Program-made: the position numbers and the translations under genes
The notes under the pieces: generated by a model
What the model saw: the letters and a program-made list of their open reading frames with translations, nothing else
What the model was told of the DNA's origin: nothing
Databases searched by the model: none
Assembly: GCA_963799925.1 (NCBI GenBank)
Contig: CAWCYZ010000002.1
Coordinates: 1,726,123-1,790,122 of the forward strand
DNA length: 64,000 nucleotides
Direction of reading: 5' to 3'
From: an uncultured Acidobacteriota bacterium
GTDB lineage: Bacteria > Acidobacteriota > Thermoanaerobaculia > Multivoradales > UBA5704
Shown here: positions 37,174-47,665 of the stretch, piece after piece
Position numbering within the stretch: position 1 is the stretch's first letter
How the letters are laid out: the number at the start of each line of letters is the position of its first letter

Positions 37174-38606
37174 AGACGCCCTGGAGCAGCGGCGGCGGTG
37201 CCACGGCCGAGTGGCGGCACGTCCTGGTCTACGGGCTGGGCCTCTCGGGGCGCGCCGCGGCGCGCCTCCTGCTCGGGCGCGGCGTCTCGGTCGTCGGCGT
37301 CGACGAGAAGCGGGAAGCGGATCTCGACCTCCAGGGCCTCGCGGACGATCCGGGCTTCGAGCTCCTCGCCGGCCAGAAGCTCGCCGGCCTCCCCGAGGCG
37401 GTCGACGGCGTCGTCGTCTCCCCCGGCGTGCCGATGGAGCGGCCGCTCCTCGAGGACGCCCGCCGCCGCGGCGTGCCGGTCATCGCCGAGGTCGAGCTCG
37501 CCTTCCCGTTCCTCGACGGCCCGGTCCTCGCCATCACCGGCAGCAACGGCAAGAGCACGACGACGGCGATGACCGGCGACATGCTCCGCGCCGCCGGGCT
37601 CGCCGTCGAGGTGTGCGGCAACATCGGCCGGCCGCTGGTCGAGGCGGTCGGCCCAGCGGGCGCGGGTGCGGGAGCGGATGCCGCGCCCGGCCGGGTCTTC
37701 GTCGTCGAGCTCTCGAGCTTCCAGATCGAGGGGATCGCGACCTTCCGCCCGCGCGCGGCGGCGCTCCTCAACCTCTCCGAGGACCACCTCGACCGCTACC
37801 CGAGCCTCGCCGCCTACGGCGCGGCGAAGAAGCGCCTCTTCCGCGACATGGGCGCGGGCGATGTCGCGATCGCCAACGCCGACGATCCCGCGACCGTCGA
37901 CCTCGCGACCGCGGCGCGGCGGCGCCTCTTCTCGCGCCTCGCCCCGGTCGCCGACGGCTGCTACCTGGAGGGCGGGCTGGAGGGCGGGCTGGACGGCGGC
38001 CGGGCGGTCGAGGTCGAGCCGGGGGCCGCGGCGAGCGAGCTCTTCGCCGCCGCGGACGTGCCGCTCGCCGGCGTGCAGAACCTGGAGAACGCCATGGCGG
38101 CGGCCCTCCTCGCCCGTGCCGCGGGCGCCCCGCCCGCCGCGATCCGCGCCGGCCTCCGCGGCTTTCGCGGCCTGCCGCACCGCCTCGAGCGGGTGGGGGA
38201 GGCGGGCGGCGTCTCCTGGTACGACGACTCGAAGGGCACCAATCCCGGCGCCACCGCCAAGGCGATCGAGGGCTTCGCCGACGGCACCGTCCACTTGATC
38301 CTCGGCGGGCGCAACAAGGGGGCGGACCTCGCCTCGCTCGCTCCCATCGTCCGCCAGAAAACGCGCCGCGTCTATCTGATCGGCGAGGCGGCGCCGGAGC
38401 TGGCGCGGGCGCTCGGCGGCGCCGTCCCCTGCGAGGAAGCGGGGACGCTCGAGCGCGCCGTCGCCGCCGCGGCGGCGGCCGCCCGGCCGGGCGACGCGGT
38501 GGTGCTCTCGCCGGCCTGCGCCAGCTTCGACCAGTTCCAGAGCTTCAGCCACCGTGGCGAGGTCTTCCAGGGCCTGGTGCGCGCCCGGCTGGGGGAGGGC
38601 GCCTGA
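37170..38606 (+). CDS. murD: UDP-MurNAc-L-Ala:D-Glu ligase
   Basis: ATG 37170 overlaps the mraY stop. VLVYGLGLSGRAAARLL, P-loop GSNGKSTTTAM, WYDDSKGTNP. Confidence 0.92.
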   Translation: MKTPWSSGGGATAEWRHVLVYGLGLSGRAAARLLLGRGVSVVGVDEKREADLDLQGLADDPGFELLAGQKLAGLPEAVDGVVVSPGVPMERPLLEDARRRGVPVIAEVELAFPFLDGPVLAITGSNGKSTTTAMTGDMLRAAGLAVEVCGNIGRPLVEAVGPAGAGAGADAAPGRVFVVELSSFQIEGIATFRPRAAALLNLSEDHLDRYPSLAAYGAAKKRLFRDMGAGDVAIANADDPATVDLATAARRRLFSRLAPVADGCYLEGGLEGGLDGGRAVEVEPGAAASELFAAADVPLAGVQNLENAMAAALLARAAGAPPAAIRAGLRGFRGLPHRLERVGEAGGVSWYDDSKGTNPGATAKAIEGFADGTVHLILGGRNKGADLASLAPIVRQKTRRVYLIGEAAPELARALGGAVPCEEAGTLERAVAAAAAAARPGDAVVLSPACASFDQFQSFSHRGEVFQGLVRARLGEGA

Positions 38607-39691
38607 TGGCGAAGAAGCTCGCCTACGACAAGGTCCTCTTCACGACGGTCGTGCTCCTGGTCGGAGTCGGGCTGGTGATGGTCTACTCGGCGAGCGCCGC
38701 GGTCGCCCGCGGCAGCGGCCTCCTCGACAACCCCTTCCTCGTCAAGCAGGCGCTGTGGACCGGCCTGGGCCTCCTCGCCATGAGCGTCACGATGCACATG
38801 GACTACCGGCGGCTGCGCAACCCGTGGCTGATCTATCCGCTCCTCGGCGTCCTCTTCCTCCTCCTCGTCGGCGTCCTCTTCTCGCCGGAGCTCAACGGCA
38901 CCCGCCGCTGGTTCTTCCTCGGGCCGCTGTCGCTGCAGCCCTCCGAGCTCGCCAAGCTGGCGCTGGTGCCCTTCATCGCCTACCAGATCGAGCGGAAGGT
39001 CGACCGCATCAACCACCCCGACTTCCTGCTGCCGGCGGCGACCCTGACCATCCTCGCCGCCGGGCTCATCCTGCTCGAGCCGGACCTGGGGACGGCGGTC
39101 CTCCTCGTCCTCACCGTCTTCCTCATGGTGTTCCTCGCCGGGCTCTCCTGGCGCTACGTGGTGGGGATCGGGGCGGCGGTCCTGCCGCTCCTCTACTTCC
39201 TGGTGATCTCGGTCTCCTACCGGCGCCAGCGCCTCTTCGCCTTCCTCGACCCCGAGCGCGACCCCCTCGGCCGCGGCTTCCAGGCGCTGCAGTCGCTGAT
39301 CGCGGTGGGCTCGGGCGGCGTCTTCGGGCTGGGGCCCGGGCGCAGCGTGCAGAAGCTCTTCTTCCTCCCCCATCCGGAGTCGGACTTCATCTTCGCCATC
39401 CTCTCCGAGGAGGTGGGGATGATCGGCGCTCTGGCCGTCGTCGCCCTCTTCTGCATGCTCGCCTGGCGCGGCGCCCTCGCCGGCTGGCGGGCGCCGGACA
39501 CCTTCGGCCGCTATCTCGCCTGGGGCCTGGCCGGCATCCTCGTCATCCAGGCGCTGATCAATGTCAGCGTCACCATCGCGCTGCTGCCGACCAAGGGCAT
39601 CCCGCTGCCCTTCATCTCCTACGGCGGCTCGTCGCTGCTGGTCACCCTCTCCGCCTGCGGCCTGCTGCTCAACGTCTCGCAGCACGGATGA
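38606..39691 (+). CDS. ftsW: SEDS-family peptidoglycan polymerase FtsW
   Basis: ATG 38606 overlaps the murD stop. 10-TM SEDS pattern, PSELAKLALV, LEPDLGTAVLL, PESDFIFAILSEE, LPTKGIPLPFISYGGSS. Confidence 0.92.
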   Translation: MAKKLAYDKVLFTTVVLLVGVGLVMVYSASAAVARGSGLLDNPFLVKQALWTGLGLLAMSVTMHMDYRRLRNPWLIYPLLGVLFLLLVGVLFSPELNGTRRWFFLGPLSLQPSELAKLALVPFIAYQIERKVDRINHPDFLLPAATLTILAAGLILLEPDLGTAVLLVLTVFLMVFLAGLSWRYVVGIGAAVLPLLYFLVISVSYRRQRLFAFLDPERDPLGRGFQALQSLIAVGSGGVFGLGPGRSVQKLFFLPHPESDFIFAILSEEVGMIGALAVVALFCMLAWRGALAGWRAPDTFGRYLAWGLAGILVIQALINVSVTIALLPTKGIPLPFISYGGSSLLVTLSACGLLLNVSQHG

Positions 39692-39707
39692 CGGCAGCGA
39701 CGATGGC

Positions 39708-40865
39708 ATGGACCATGGAACGCCAGCCCGGCCGCCCCGGCCGCACGCCCTGCTCGCCGGCGGCGGCACCGGGGGGCACGTCTTCCCGGCGCTCGCCGTC
39801 GCCGAGGAGCTTCTCGCCCGGGGGTGGCGGGTGAGCTTCGCCGGCATGAGCGACGGCCTCGAGGCCCGCCTGGTCGCCGAGCGCGGGCTGCCGTTCCACC
39901 CGCTCGCCGCGCAGCCGCTCCTCGGCCGCGGCCCGCGCGCCCAGGCCGCGGCGCTCGGCACCGCGGCGCGGGGCGCCTTCGCCGCCGCGGGGCTCATCCG
40001 CCGGCTGGGCGCCGACGCCGTCCTCGGCACCGGCGGCTACGTCTCGGTGCCGGCGGTGCTCGGCGCTCGGCTCGCCCGCCGGCCGGCGCTGCTCCTCGAG
40101 CCCAACGCCCGCGCCGGCGTCGCCAACCGCTGGCTGTCGCGCTGGGCGAACGGGGCGGCGGTCGCCTTCGACGACACCCGCCGCGACCTCAAGTGCCCGG
40201 CGATCGTCAGCGGCGTCCCGGTGCGCGCCGCCTTTTTCGCCGTCGGCCCGCCGCCGCCGCTCGGCGATCCGGGGCGGGCGCCCCGCCTCCTCGTCCTCGG
40301 CGGCAGCCAGGGGGCGCGGCAGGTGAACCTCCTGCTGCCCGCGGCGGTGGCGCTGGCGCGCCGGAGCCTCCCCGAGCTCGCCGTCCTCCACCAGGCCGGG
40401 GCGCAGCACGTCGAGGCGACGCGCGCGGCATATTCCGCCGCCGGCCTCGCGGCCGAGCTGGCTTCGGGGGCGGTCGAGGTCGTGCCGTTCCTCGCCGACG
40501 TCGCCGGGGCGATGGCGGGGAGCCACCTCCTGATCTCCCGCGCCGGGGCGATCACCGTCGCCGAGATCTGCGCCGCCGGGCGCGCCGCGATCCTCCTGCC
40601 GCTCGCCATCGCCCAGGCGCACCAGGTGGACAACGCGCGCCTGCTCAGCCAGGCCGGCGCCGCCGAGATGATGATCCCTGGAGCTGCCGGTCAAGAGGCA
40701 GGCGAGGAGGCGGATGCCGGCGCCCTCGCGGCGCGCCTGACCGCGCTCCTCGCCGACCCCGCCCGGCTCGCCCGCATGGGCCGCGCGGCGCGCGGGCTCG
40801 CCCGTCCGGATGCCGTGGCGGCGATCGCCGGGCGCCTGGAAGAGCTGGCGGAGGCCGCGGGGTGA
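39708..40865 (+). CDS. murG: Undecaprenyl-PP-MurNAc-pentapeptide GlcNAc transferase
   Basis: ATG 39708 (MDHGTPARPPRPHALLAGGGTGGHVFPALAVAEEL). C-terminal SRAGAITVAEI...HQVDNA motif. Confidence 0.9.
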   Translation: MDHGTPARPPRPHALLAGGGTGGHVFPALAVAEELLARGWRVSFAGMSDGLEARLVAERGLPFHPLAAQPLLGRGPRAQAAALGTAARGAFAAAGLIRRLGADAVLGTGGYVSVPAVLGARLARRPALLLEPNARAGVANRWLSRWANGAAVAFDDTRRDLKCPAIVSGVPVRAAFFAVGPPPPLGDPGRAPRLLVLGGSQGARQVNLLLPAAVALARRSLPELAVLHQAGAQHVEATRAAYSAAGLAAELASGAVEVVPFLADVAGAMAGSHLLISRAGAITVAEICAAGRAAILLPLAIAQAHQVDNARLLSQAGAAEMMIPGAAGQEAGEEADAGALAARLTALLADPARLARMGRAARGLARPDAVAAIAGRLEELAEAAG

Positions 40866-42259
40866 GCTTCAACCAGTTCACCGACCTGGCGCGCATCCAC
40901 TTCGTGGGGATGGGCGGCGCCGGGATGAGCGGCATCGCCGAGATCCTCCTCGAGTACGACCTCGAGGTGAGCGGCTGCGACCTCTCCTCCTCCGAGGCGA
41001 CCGAGCGGCTGGCCGAGCTGGGGGCGAAGGTCTTCGAGGGTCACTCGCCCGACCACCTGGCCGGGGTCGAGCTCGTCGTCGTCTCCTCGGCGATCGCCGA
41101 CGGCAACCCCGAGGTCCAGGCGGCGCGCCAGCGCGGCATCCCGGTCGTCCGGCGGGCCGAGATGCTCGCCGAGCTGATGCGCTTGAAGTACGGCATCGCC
41201 GTCGCCGGCACCCACGGCAAGACGACCACCACCTCGCTCGTCGGCGCCGTGCTGACCGAGGCCGGGCTCGACCCGACGGTCATCGTCGGCGGGCGCCTGC
41301 GCCTCCTCGGCACCGGCGCCCGGCTCGGCAAGAGCGACTACCTGATCGCCGAGGCCGACGAATACGATCGCAGCTTCCTGCGCCTGACGCCGGTCGTCGC
41401 CGTCATCACCACGATCGACCGCGACCACCTCGATACCTACGGCGACCTCGAGGCGATCTGCGAGGCCTTCGTCACCTTCGCCAACCGCGTGCCCTTCTTC
41501 GGGCGGGTGATCGTCTGCCTCGACGACACCAATATCCAGCAGATCCTGCCGCGCCTGGCCGACCGCCGGATCGTCACCTACGGGTTCTCGCCCCAGGCCG
41601 ACCTCTCGGCGGTCGACGTCGAGGCGCTCCCCTGGGGGAGCCGCTTCGGCGTGCGCAGCCTGCGGGGCGGGGTGCTGGGCAAGATCGAGGTGCCGATCCC
41701 CGGCCGCCACAACGTGGCGAACGCCCTGGCCGCGGTGGGGGTGGGCTTGGCGCTGCGCCTCGGCTTCGCGGAGATCGCCCAGGGGGTCGCCGCCTTCAAG
41801 GGCGTCCACCGCCGCTTCGAGCAGGTCGGCCAGTGGCGCGGCGCGGCGGTGGTCGACGACTACGCGCACCATCCGACGGAGGTCGCGGCGACCCTCGAGG
41901 CGGCGCGCCAGACCTTCCCGCGCGGGCGCATCCACGCGGTCTTCCAGCCGCACCTCTTCTCGCGCACGCTCGACCAGGCGGAGAGCTTCGGGCGGGCGCT
42001 GCTCCTCGCCGACCGCGCCGTGGTGACCGACGTCTACGCCTCGCGCGAGGCGCCGATCCCCGGGGTGACCGGCGAGATGGTGGTCCAGGCGGCGCGCCAG
42101 AGCGGCCACCACAACGTCGTCTACTGCCCCGATTGGCGCGGCGCCCCGGAGATCCTCGCCGTGGACGTCGAGCCGGGGGACGTCGTCCTCACCCTCGGGG
42201 CGGGCGACATCTACCGTCTGGCGCGGCGGCTGATGCAGGAAACGGAGCCGGCGGCGTGA
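40862..42259 (+). CDS. murC: UDP-N-acetylmuramate:L-alanine ligase
   Basis: GTG 40862 overlaps the murG stop. HFVGMGGAGMSGIAEIL, P-loop GTHGKTTTTS, DDYAHHPTE. Confidence 0.92.
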   Translation: MSFNQFTDLARIHFVGMGGAGMSGIAEILLEYDLEVSGCDLSSSEATERLAELGAKVFEGHSPDHLAGVELVVVSSAIADGNPEVQAARQRGIPVVRRAEMLAELMRLKYGIAVAGTHGKTTTTSLVGAVLTEAGLDPTVIVGGRLRLLGTGARLGKSDYLIAEADEYDRSFLRLTPVVAVITTIDRDHLDTYGDLEAICEAFVTFANRVPFFGRVIVCLDDTNIQQILPRLADRRIVTYGFSPQADLSAVDVEALPWGSRFGVRSLRGGVLGKIEVPIPGRHNVANALAAVGVGLALRLGFAEIAQGVAAFKGVHRRFEQVGQWRGAAVVDDYAHHPTEVAATLEAARQTFPRGRIHAVFQPHLFSRTLDQAESFGRALLLADRAVVTDVYASREAPIPGVTGEMVVQAARQSGHHNVVYCPDWRGAPEILAVDVEPGDVVLTLGAGDIYRLARRLMQETEPAA

Positions 42260-43107
42260 GCGGGACGCTCCCCACCGGGTCCTCGGTCGCCCTCGGGGCG
42301 GGCGGGCGGGTGCTCGACTTCCGGCGCCGCCCGGCGCCGCCGCGGCGGCGCCGGCGGAGCCTCTGGGTGGCGCTGCTGCGCCCTCTCGCAACCGCCTCGG
42401 CGCTGGTCGCCCTGCCGCTCGGGGTGAGCGGGTGGGTGCTCACCTCGCCGCGCTTCCGCCTCGCCGAGCTCGCCATCGACGGGGCGCGCCGCCTCCCGGC
42501 GCCGCGGCTCTACCGGGAGCTGGCGCCGCTCAAGGGGAAGAACCTCGTCCGCCTGCCGCTCTCGGAGGTCAAGGCGCTCCTCGCCGCCGAGCGCTGGGTC
42601 GACGCGGTCGAGATCGAAAAGGAGCTCCCCCGCCGGCTGCGGGTGCGCATCCGCGAGCGCCGCCCCGCCGCCCTCCTCGAGCAGAGCGGCGCGCTCGCCT
42701 GGGGCGACGCCCAGGGGCGGACCATCGCGCCGGTGGCGCCGGGCGAGGACACCACGGGGTTCCTCGTCGTCCGCTTCGACCGCGCGATGCCGCAGGCGGT
42801 TGGCAGGGCGCTTGCGGTGGCCGGCGAGCTCAAGGCGGCGAACCCGGAGTGGTCGGCGACGCTCTCGCGGGTCGACGTGCTGGGCGAGGACGACTACCGG
42901 CTCAACACCAGGACGCTCCCCTTCCCCCTGCTCGTGCGGCGGGGACAGGTGGCCGCCAACGTGCGGCGTCTCGAGGCGCTGCTGCCCGAGCTGGGGCGGC
43001 GCTACAGCGGCCTGACGGCGGTGGATCTGCGCTCGTCGCAACGGATCGTGATCGAACCTGCGGTCGACCCCGGCACGGCGAAGCCGGGCAAGTCGGCCGC
43101 GCTATGA
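42256..43107 (+). CDS. ftsQ: Cell-division protein FtsQ (POTRA domain)
   Basis: GTG 42256 overlaps the murC stop. Arg-rich cytoplasmic start, TM (LWVALLRPLATASALVALPLGVSGWVL), POTRA block (FRLAELAIDGARRL...VDAVEIEKELPRRLRVRIRERRPAAL). Confidence 0.8.
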   Translation: MSGTLPTGSSVALGAGGRVLDFRRRPAPPRRRRRSLWVALLRPLATASALVALPLGVSGWVLTSPRFRLAELAIDGARRLPAPRLYRELAPLKGKNLVRLPLSEVKALLAAERWVDAVEIEKELPRRLRVRIRERRPAALLEQSGALAWGDAQGRTIAPVAPGEDTTGFLVVRFDRAMPQAVGRALAVAGELKAANPEWSATLSRVDVLGEDDYRLNTRTLPFPLLVRRGQVAANVRRLEALLPELGRRYSGLTAVDLRSSQRIVIEPAVDPGTAKPGKSAAL

Positions 43108-43132
43108 AATTTGGCATGGAGGGTCAGGCACA

Positions 43133-44371
43133 ATGGCCAAACCGGAACCGTACTTCGTAGGAGTGGACATCGGATCCTCCAAGGTGGGGGTGCTGATCGG
43201 CCAGCGCGACGACAAGGGCAACCTCGAGGTCGTCGGCAAGGGCCTCGCCCCCAACCGCGGCACCCGCAAGGGCAACATCGTCAACGTCGAGGCGACGGTC
43301 GAGGCCCTCAAGCAGGCGAGCGAGGAGGCCGAGGTGATGGCCGGGGTCGAGATCTCCCGCGCCTACGTCGGCGTCGCCGGCGCCGACATCCGCAGCGTCA
43401 ACTCGCGCGGCATGGTCTCGGTGTCGCGCAAGGACCGCGAGATCACCCGCCAGGACATCCAGCGGGTGCTCGACGCCGCCAAATCGGCGGCCCTCCCCTC
43501 CGACCGCGAGATCCTGCACGCCATCCCGCAGGAGTTCATCGTCGACGAGCAGGGCGGGATCGGCGATCCCCTCGGCATGCTGGGGAGCCGCCTCGAGGTG
43601 ATGGTCCATCTGGTGACCGGCAACGTCACCCGCTCGAAGACGCTCCTGACCTGCGTCAACCGCGCCGGCATCGAGGTGGTCGAGATCGTCTTCGAGCCGC
43701 TGGCGACGGCCGAGGCGGTCTTGACCTCCGACGAGCGCGAGCTGGGGTCGCTCCTGGTCGACGTCGGCGCCGGCACCACCGAGTACGCGCTCTTCGCCGA
43801 CGGCGAGATCCGCTACAGCGCGGTGTCGCCGATCGGCGCCGGCCACTTCACCAACGACCTCGCCATGGTCCTCCGCACGCCCTTCGCCGAGGCCGAGCGG
43901 ATCAAGAGCAAGCAGGGCTGCTGCCTGCCCTCGATGGTCACCGACGAGGAGGGGATCTCGGTCCCCACCGTCGCCGGCGGCTCGGCGCGGGTGGTGCCGC
44001 GGCGCGAGCTCTGCGACATCCTGCAGCCGCGCGCCGAGGAGCTCCTGGGCATGATCCGCGAGGACCTCCTGAAGCACGCCAGCGAGGAGAGCCTGCGGGG
44101 CGGCGTCGTCCTGACCGGCGGCGGGGCGCAGCTCGACGGGCTCCTCGAGCTCGCCGAGCAGGTCTTCGACGCCGGCGTGCGCTACGGCCTGCCGCGCGGC
44201 CTGGGCGGCCTGGTCGACGTGATCAGCAGCCCGAGCTGGTCGACGGCCTCCGGCCTCCTCCTCTATGCGCGCGGCGCGGAGGAGAGTCAGGGTAAAGTGC
44301 AGAAGAAATCGGGCTGGAGCGTGCGCGGCATGGTGGGGAGCCTGCGCGGCATGTTCGCGGACCTGCTCTAG
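43133..44371 (+). CDS. ftsA: Cell-division protein FtsA
   Basis: 412 aa, actin-fold phosphate motifs ([43 protein letters not shown]). Confidence 0.95.
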   Translation: MAKPEPYFVGVDIGSSKVGVLIGQRDDKGNLEVVGKGLAPNRGTRKGNIVNVEATVEALKQASEEAEVMAGVEISRAYVGVAGADIRSVNSRGMVSVSRKDREITRQDIQRVLDAAKSAALPSDREILHAIPQEFIVDEQGGIGDPLGMLGSRLEVMVHLVTGNVTRSKTLLTCVNRAGIEVVEIVFEPLATAEAVLTSDERELGSLLVDVGAGTTEYALFADGEIRYSAVSPIGAGHFTNDLAMVLRTPFAEAERIKSKQGCCLPSMVTDEEGISVPTVAGGSARVVPRRELCDILQPRAEELLGMIREDLLKHASEESLRGGVVLTGGGAQLDGLLELAEQVFDAGVRYGLPRGLGGLVDVISSPSWSTASGLLLYARGAEESQGKVQKKSGWSVRGMVGSLRGMFADLL

Positions 44372-44457
44372 AGACGACAGCGATGAGCCGCTCGAGGGAC
44401 GCGAGGCCGAGAGACGCGAATGCGAGATCTGGATTCAAACACATAGGGGGTAGACCG

Positions 44458-45705
44458 ATGATCCTATTCGACGAGCACGATGGTCCACAGGGGTCGCCGA
44501 TGGCGATCGAGCCCGACGCGGTACCCGCCCGCATCAAGGTCATCGGAGTCGGCGGCGGCGGCGGCAACGCGGTCAACCGCATGATCGACTCCCAGCTGCG
44601 CGGCATCGAGTTCATCGCCGCCAACACCGACCTCCAGGCGCTGCGCAAATGCCGCGCGCCGGTGAAGCTGCAGATCGGCAACCTCTTCACCAAGGGGCTC
44701 GGCGCCGGCGCCGACCCCGAGATGGGGAGGAAGGCGGCGCTCGAGGACACCGAGCACATCCTGGAGCTCCTCGAGGGCGCCGACATGGTCTTCCTGACCG
44801 CCGGCCTGGGCGGCGGCACCGGCACCGGCGCGGCGCCGATCATCGCCTCGCTGGCGGCCGAGATCGGCGCCCTGACCGTCGCCGTGGTCACCAAGCCCTT
44901 CGGCTTCGAGGGGCGGCGGCGCCTGCAGCTCGCCGAGCGCGGGGTCGAGGAGCTGCGCGGCGCGGTCGACACCCTGATCACCATCCCCAACGAGCGCCTG
45001 CTCAACTTCGTCGAGCGCGGCACGCCCCTCCACGAGGCCTTCCGCATCGCCGACGACGTGCTGCGCCAGGCGGTGCAGGGGATCAGCGACTTGATCACCG
45101 TGCCCGGCGAGGTCAACGTCGACTTCGCCGACGTGCGCACGATCATGACCGGCATGGGGATGGCGCTGATGGGCACCGGCGTCGCCAAGGGCGAGCACCG
45201 CGCCCTCGAGGCGGCGCAGCGGGCGATCTCCTCGCCGCTCCTCGAGGAGACCTCGATCCAGGGCGCCAAGGGGGTGCTGATCAACATCTCCGGCGGCCAC
45301 GACCTCACCCTCCACGAGGTCGCCGAGGCGGCGCGCATCATCGCCGACGCCGTCGATCCCGACGCCAACATCATCTCCGGCATGGTGATCGACCCGGCGA
45401 TGGAGGACTCGATGAAGGTGACCGTCATCGCGACCGGCTTCGACTCCGGCTCCGGCGAGCGGCGGCTGGTCTCGTCGATGACGAGCATCAACCGGCCGCT
45501 CGCCATGCCCGTCCCGGTCGCCGCGGCCCCGCCGCCGGCGATGGTCGAGAAGGAGGAGCCGGAGCGGCCCCAGCAGGTCGACGTCCCCTTCTACCGGAAG
45601 GTCCTGGCGCACGCCCGCGGCGAGGACCCCAACGGCTTCGGGCCGAACTGGTCGAACGTCGACGACTACGACATCCCGACGGTGTTGAGGAAGCAGATGG
45701 ACTAG
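44458..45705 (+). CDS. ftsZ: Cell-division GTPase FtsZ
   Basis: ATG 44458 with GGGGG upstream. [17 protein letters not shown], tubulin signature [19 protein letters not shown], conserved C-terminal peptide [12 protein letters not shown]. Confidence 0.95.
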   Translation: MILFDEHDGPQGSPMAIEPDAVPARIKVIGVGGGGGNAVNRMIDSQLRGIEFIAANTDLQALRKCRAPVKLQIGNLFTKGLGAGADPEMGRKAALEDTEHILELLEGADMVFLTAGLGGGTGTGAAPIIASLAAEIGALTVAVVTKPFGFEGRRRLQLAERGVEELRGAVDTLITIPNERLLNFVERGTPLHEAFRIADDVLRQAVQGISDLITVPGEVNVDFADVRTIMTGMGMALMGTGVAKGEHRALEAAQRAISSPLLEETSIQGAKGVLINISGGHDLTLHEVAEAARIIADAVDPDANIISGMVIDPAMEDSMKVTVIATGFDSGSGERRLVSSMTSINRPLAMPVPVAAAPPPAMVEKEEPERPQQVDVPFYRKVLAHARGEDPNGFGPNWSNVDDYDIPTVLRKQMD

Positions 45706-45748
45706 GGCGGACTGGGGAGGCGCCGGAGGGCTACGCGGCAAGGGCTGG

Positions 45749-45782
45749 GCCGGACCGCCAAGTGGAAGGTTGGAGGTCCGGC
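45749..45782 (+). terminator. Stem-loop downstream of ftsZ (possible terminator, no U-tract)
   Basis: GCCGGACC-N18-GGTCCGGC, a perfect 8-bp stem 44 nt after the ftsZ stop, at the left edge of the lower-GC region. Confidence 0.25.
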
Positions 45783-45938
45783 AAGCGCCGCGATCGATCT
45801 CTCATCGGCCGAGAGCGAGCCCCCGCACGTGGAGCAGCTCCACAAGCAGCGTGAAAAGTGTATGGAGCGCGTCCATTACGATTTCGACGCGTCCGTGAGC
45901 TGGCCGGAACGCACCCGGGCCGCTCCGTTCAGTCAGCG

Positions 45939-46127
45939 TCAGCGCAGTCTCTCGCATAGGAGGGTCGCCGCCGGCTCGCGCGGCGGTCGCACCCGCTCAG
46001 GCTCTCGCTCGACAGCACCACCATCATCCTCCCAGCGGGCCAGAGCCTCAGCATCAATTGCCTGATCGACCTTCCGTTCAATTGGCGCAGCATCCGGATG
46101 GCAAATCACCAGTTTGCGACTAAGCAT
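45939..46127 (-). CDS. Small protein carrying an RWEDDGG motif
   Basis: 62 aa. Strong SD (GAGGAGGG, 8 nt before ATG 46127). MLSRKLVICHPDAAPIERKVDQAIDAEALARWEDDGGAVEREPER... Confidence 0.5.
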   Translation of the reverse strand: MLSRKLVICHPDAAPIERKVDQAIDAEALARWEDDGGAVEREPERVRPPREPAATLLCERLR

Positions 46128-46640
46128 GGGCTTTACCCTCCTCTACTCCAGCATGGCTGGCGCTCAAGAAGGGGACGCGATCTCGGGTCCGCGTGGGCTA
46201 TCGGCGGCGTACCCTCCGACGCGTCTGGTTTCGAATCCGGCGCGCCGATGGGCTTCACCACCCGAGCCTCGTCCCCTCCTACGCTGGCGGGGCTCATCGT
46301 CTCTCTACCGCACAGAGCTGACACGGAACTCTTGGATGCAGTGACGGTACGAAGGCGAGAAAATGTGGATGCTCCTGTGGCTCCGTGTTCCATGCTCACC
46401 TCGCTCCTTCGCAGGGTGCATGCCAGCCCGCGACGGTTCGCGAAAACGCGCGCAATTGTTTGGCGCCGCAGGAGTTGTGGGCACTGTCACAGCCGCTGTT
46501 AGGATTGGCCTACCTTGGGTCCTCTACGCGGTTAGAGAAGAGCTCCTGAACCATCACGTAAACGGCAAAGGTCCCTGCCGTCCGAGCCACTCGGGCACAC
46601 GCTGGTTGTGCCAAGGAGGCACTGATACAATCGACGAATC

Positions 46641-47558
46641 ATGACGACCTTGAAGAAGCAGCGCAGTACCGCTCCTCTGAAGGGCGGGGTCCAGGAGCGC
46701 CCACCGGCTTTGGGAAAGGCACTAGAGAGACAGCGTCGCCTATCCACCTCCATGAGGTCGGTTGCCTCGACCTCCATGCTGTCAGTCGCGGAGGTGTGGG
46801 ATTTCGTCTCCGGCACCGATGACAGGCACCCTACGGACGAAAGGCTGTCCGCCGCCGTCATAACTGAGGCCAGGCAACGGCTCGGGGAGGGCCTGTTGCG
46901 CGTTCTTGACCTCGGGGGCGGCGCCGGGAATCCCGGCATTGCCCTTGCCGCTGCAGGCCATGAACTCACTCTCGTCGACGCCGATCCGGCACTCGCCGAG
47001 GCCGCTCGCCGACGGGCGGCGCTGGTAGGGGCCAACATTGAGATCGTCGAGGCCGATTGGCGGACCTTCCTCGATTCCGTGCGCGGTCCCTTCGACCTAA
47101 TCCTCTTCCTGGGCAACGCGCTGGCCTACCAGGATTCGTGGCCGGATCTGGAACTGCCGCCGCGCCGCACCCTCGAATGTCTGGGCCGAACGATTAACAG
47201 CAGCGCGCGGCTTCTTTCCCCATCGGGAATGCTGCTCATTGAGTCGCCGATCGAGCCACGCGCAGGGTCGGCTCACTACGTGCGCGAGGTGATCCCGCCA
47301 CGCGCCTCGGCCGCTGGCGACCGCTCGACGTGGATAGTCGACTATGACGAGGCGACCGGTCTCCGGACGGTGGACACGCTTGTGACGCGGGGGGCGGGGC
47401 GTGAGAAGAGCACCGTCGCCGGCCGCGTTCGGTTCGTCGGGCATCTGCTCACCGCGACGGTCTTGGACTCGCTCGCCGGCGCTGCTGGGCTGCGCCGCTC
47501 TTCCGTTGCGAGCTGGCCCCGGCCCTACTTTGATGCCACTATTCTGCAGCGTGGGTAG
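46641..47558 (+). CDS. Class I SAM-dependent methyltransferase (start uncertain)
   Basis: 305 aa. Motif I VLDLGGGAGNPGIALAAAGHELTLVDAD, post-I/II EADWRTF...FDLILFLGNAL. No good SD at ATG 46641, and internal ATGs exist at about 46754 and 46775. Confidence 0.7.
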   Translation: MTTLKKQRSTAPLKGGVQERPPALGKALERQRRLSTSMRSVASTSMLSVAEVWDFVSGTDDRHPTDERLSAAVITEARQRLGEGLLRVLDLGGGAGNPGIALAAAGHELTLVDADPALAEAARRRAALVGANIEIVEADWRTFLDSVRGPFDLILFLGNALAYQDSWPDLELPPRRTLECLGRTINSSARLLSPSGMLLIESPIEPRAGSAHYVREVIPPRASAAGDRSTWIVDYDEATGLRTVDTLVTRGAGREKSTVAGRVRFVGHLLTATVLDSLAGAAGLRRSSVASWPRPYFDATILQRG

Positions 47559-47665
47559 CGGCTGCTCGGTCCGACGGCTCTAGCGAATGCATGCCTCGAT
47601 ACGCAGGACGCATGCTTCGCCGGGGACCCGCCGGCGCGCATGGTGGTTCGCTTGGGCATCCAGCA

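Noticed and set aside
46170-46262. tRNA or tRNA-3'-end remnant (GGTTTCGAATCC, followed later by CACCA) as an island attachment site.
   Set aside because: The T-loop would have 8 nt and a 4-bp stem. The best anticodon-like hairpin has a mismatch and a non-canonical loop. No acceptor pairing was found. It could be a decayed fragment, but I cannot support it from sequence alone.
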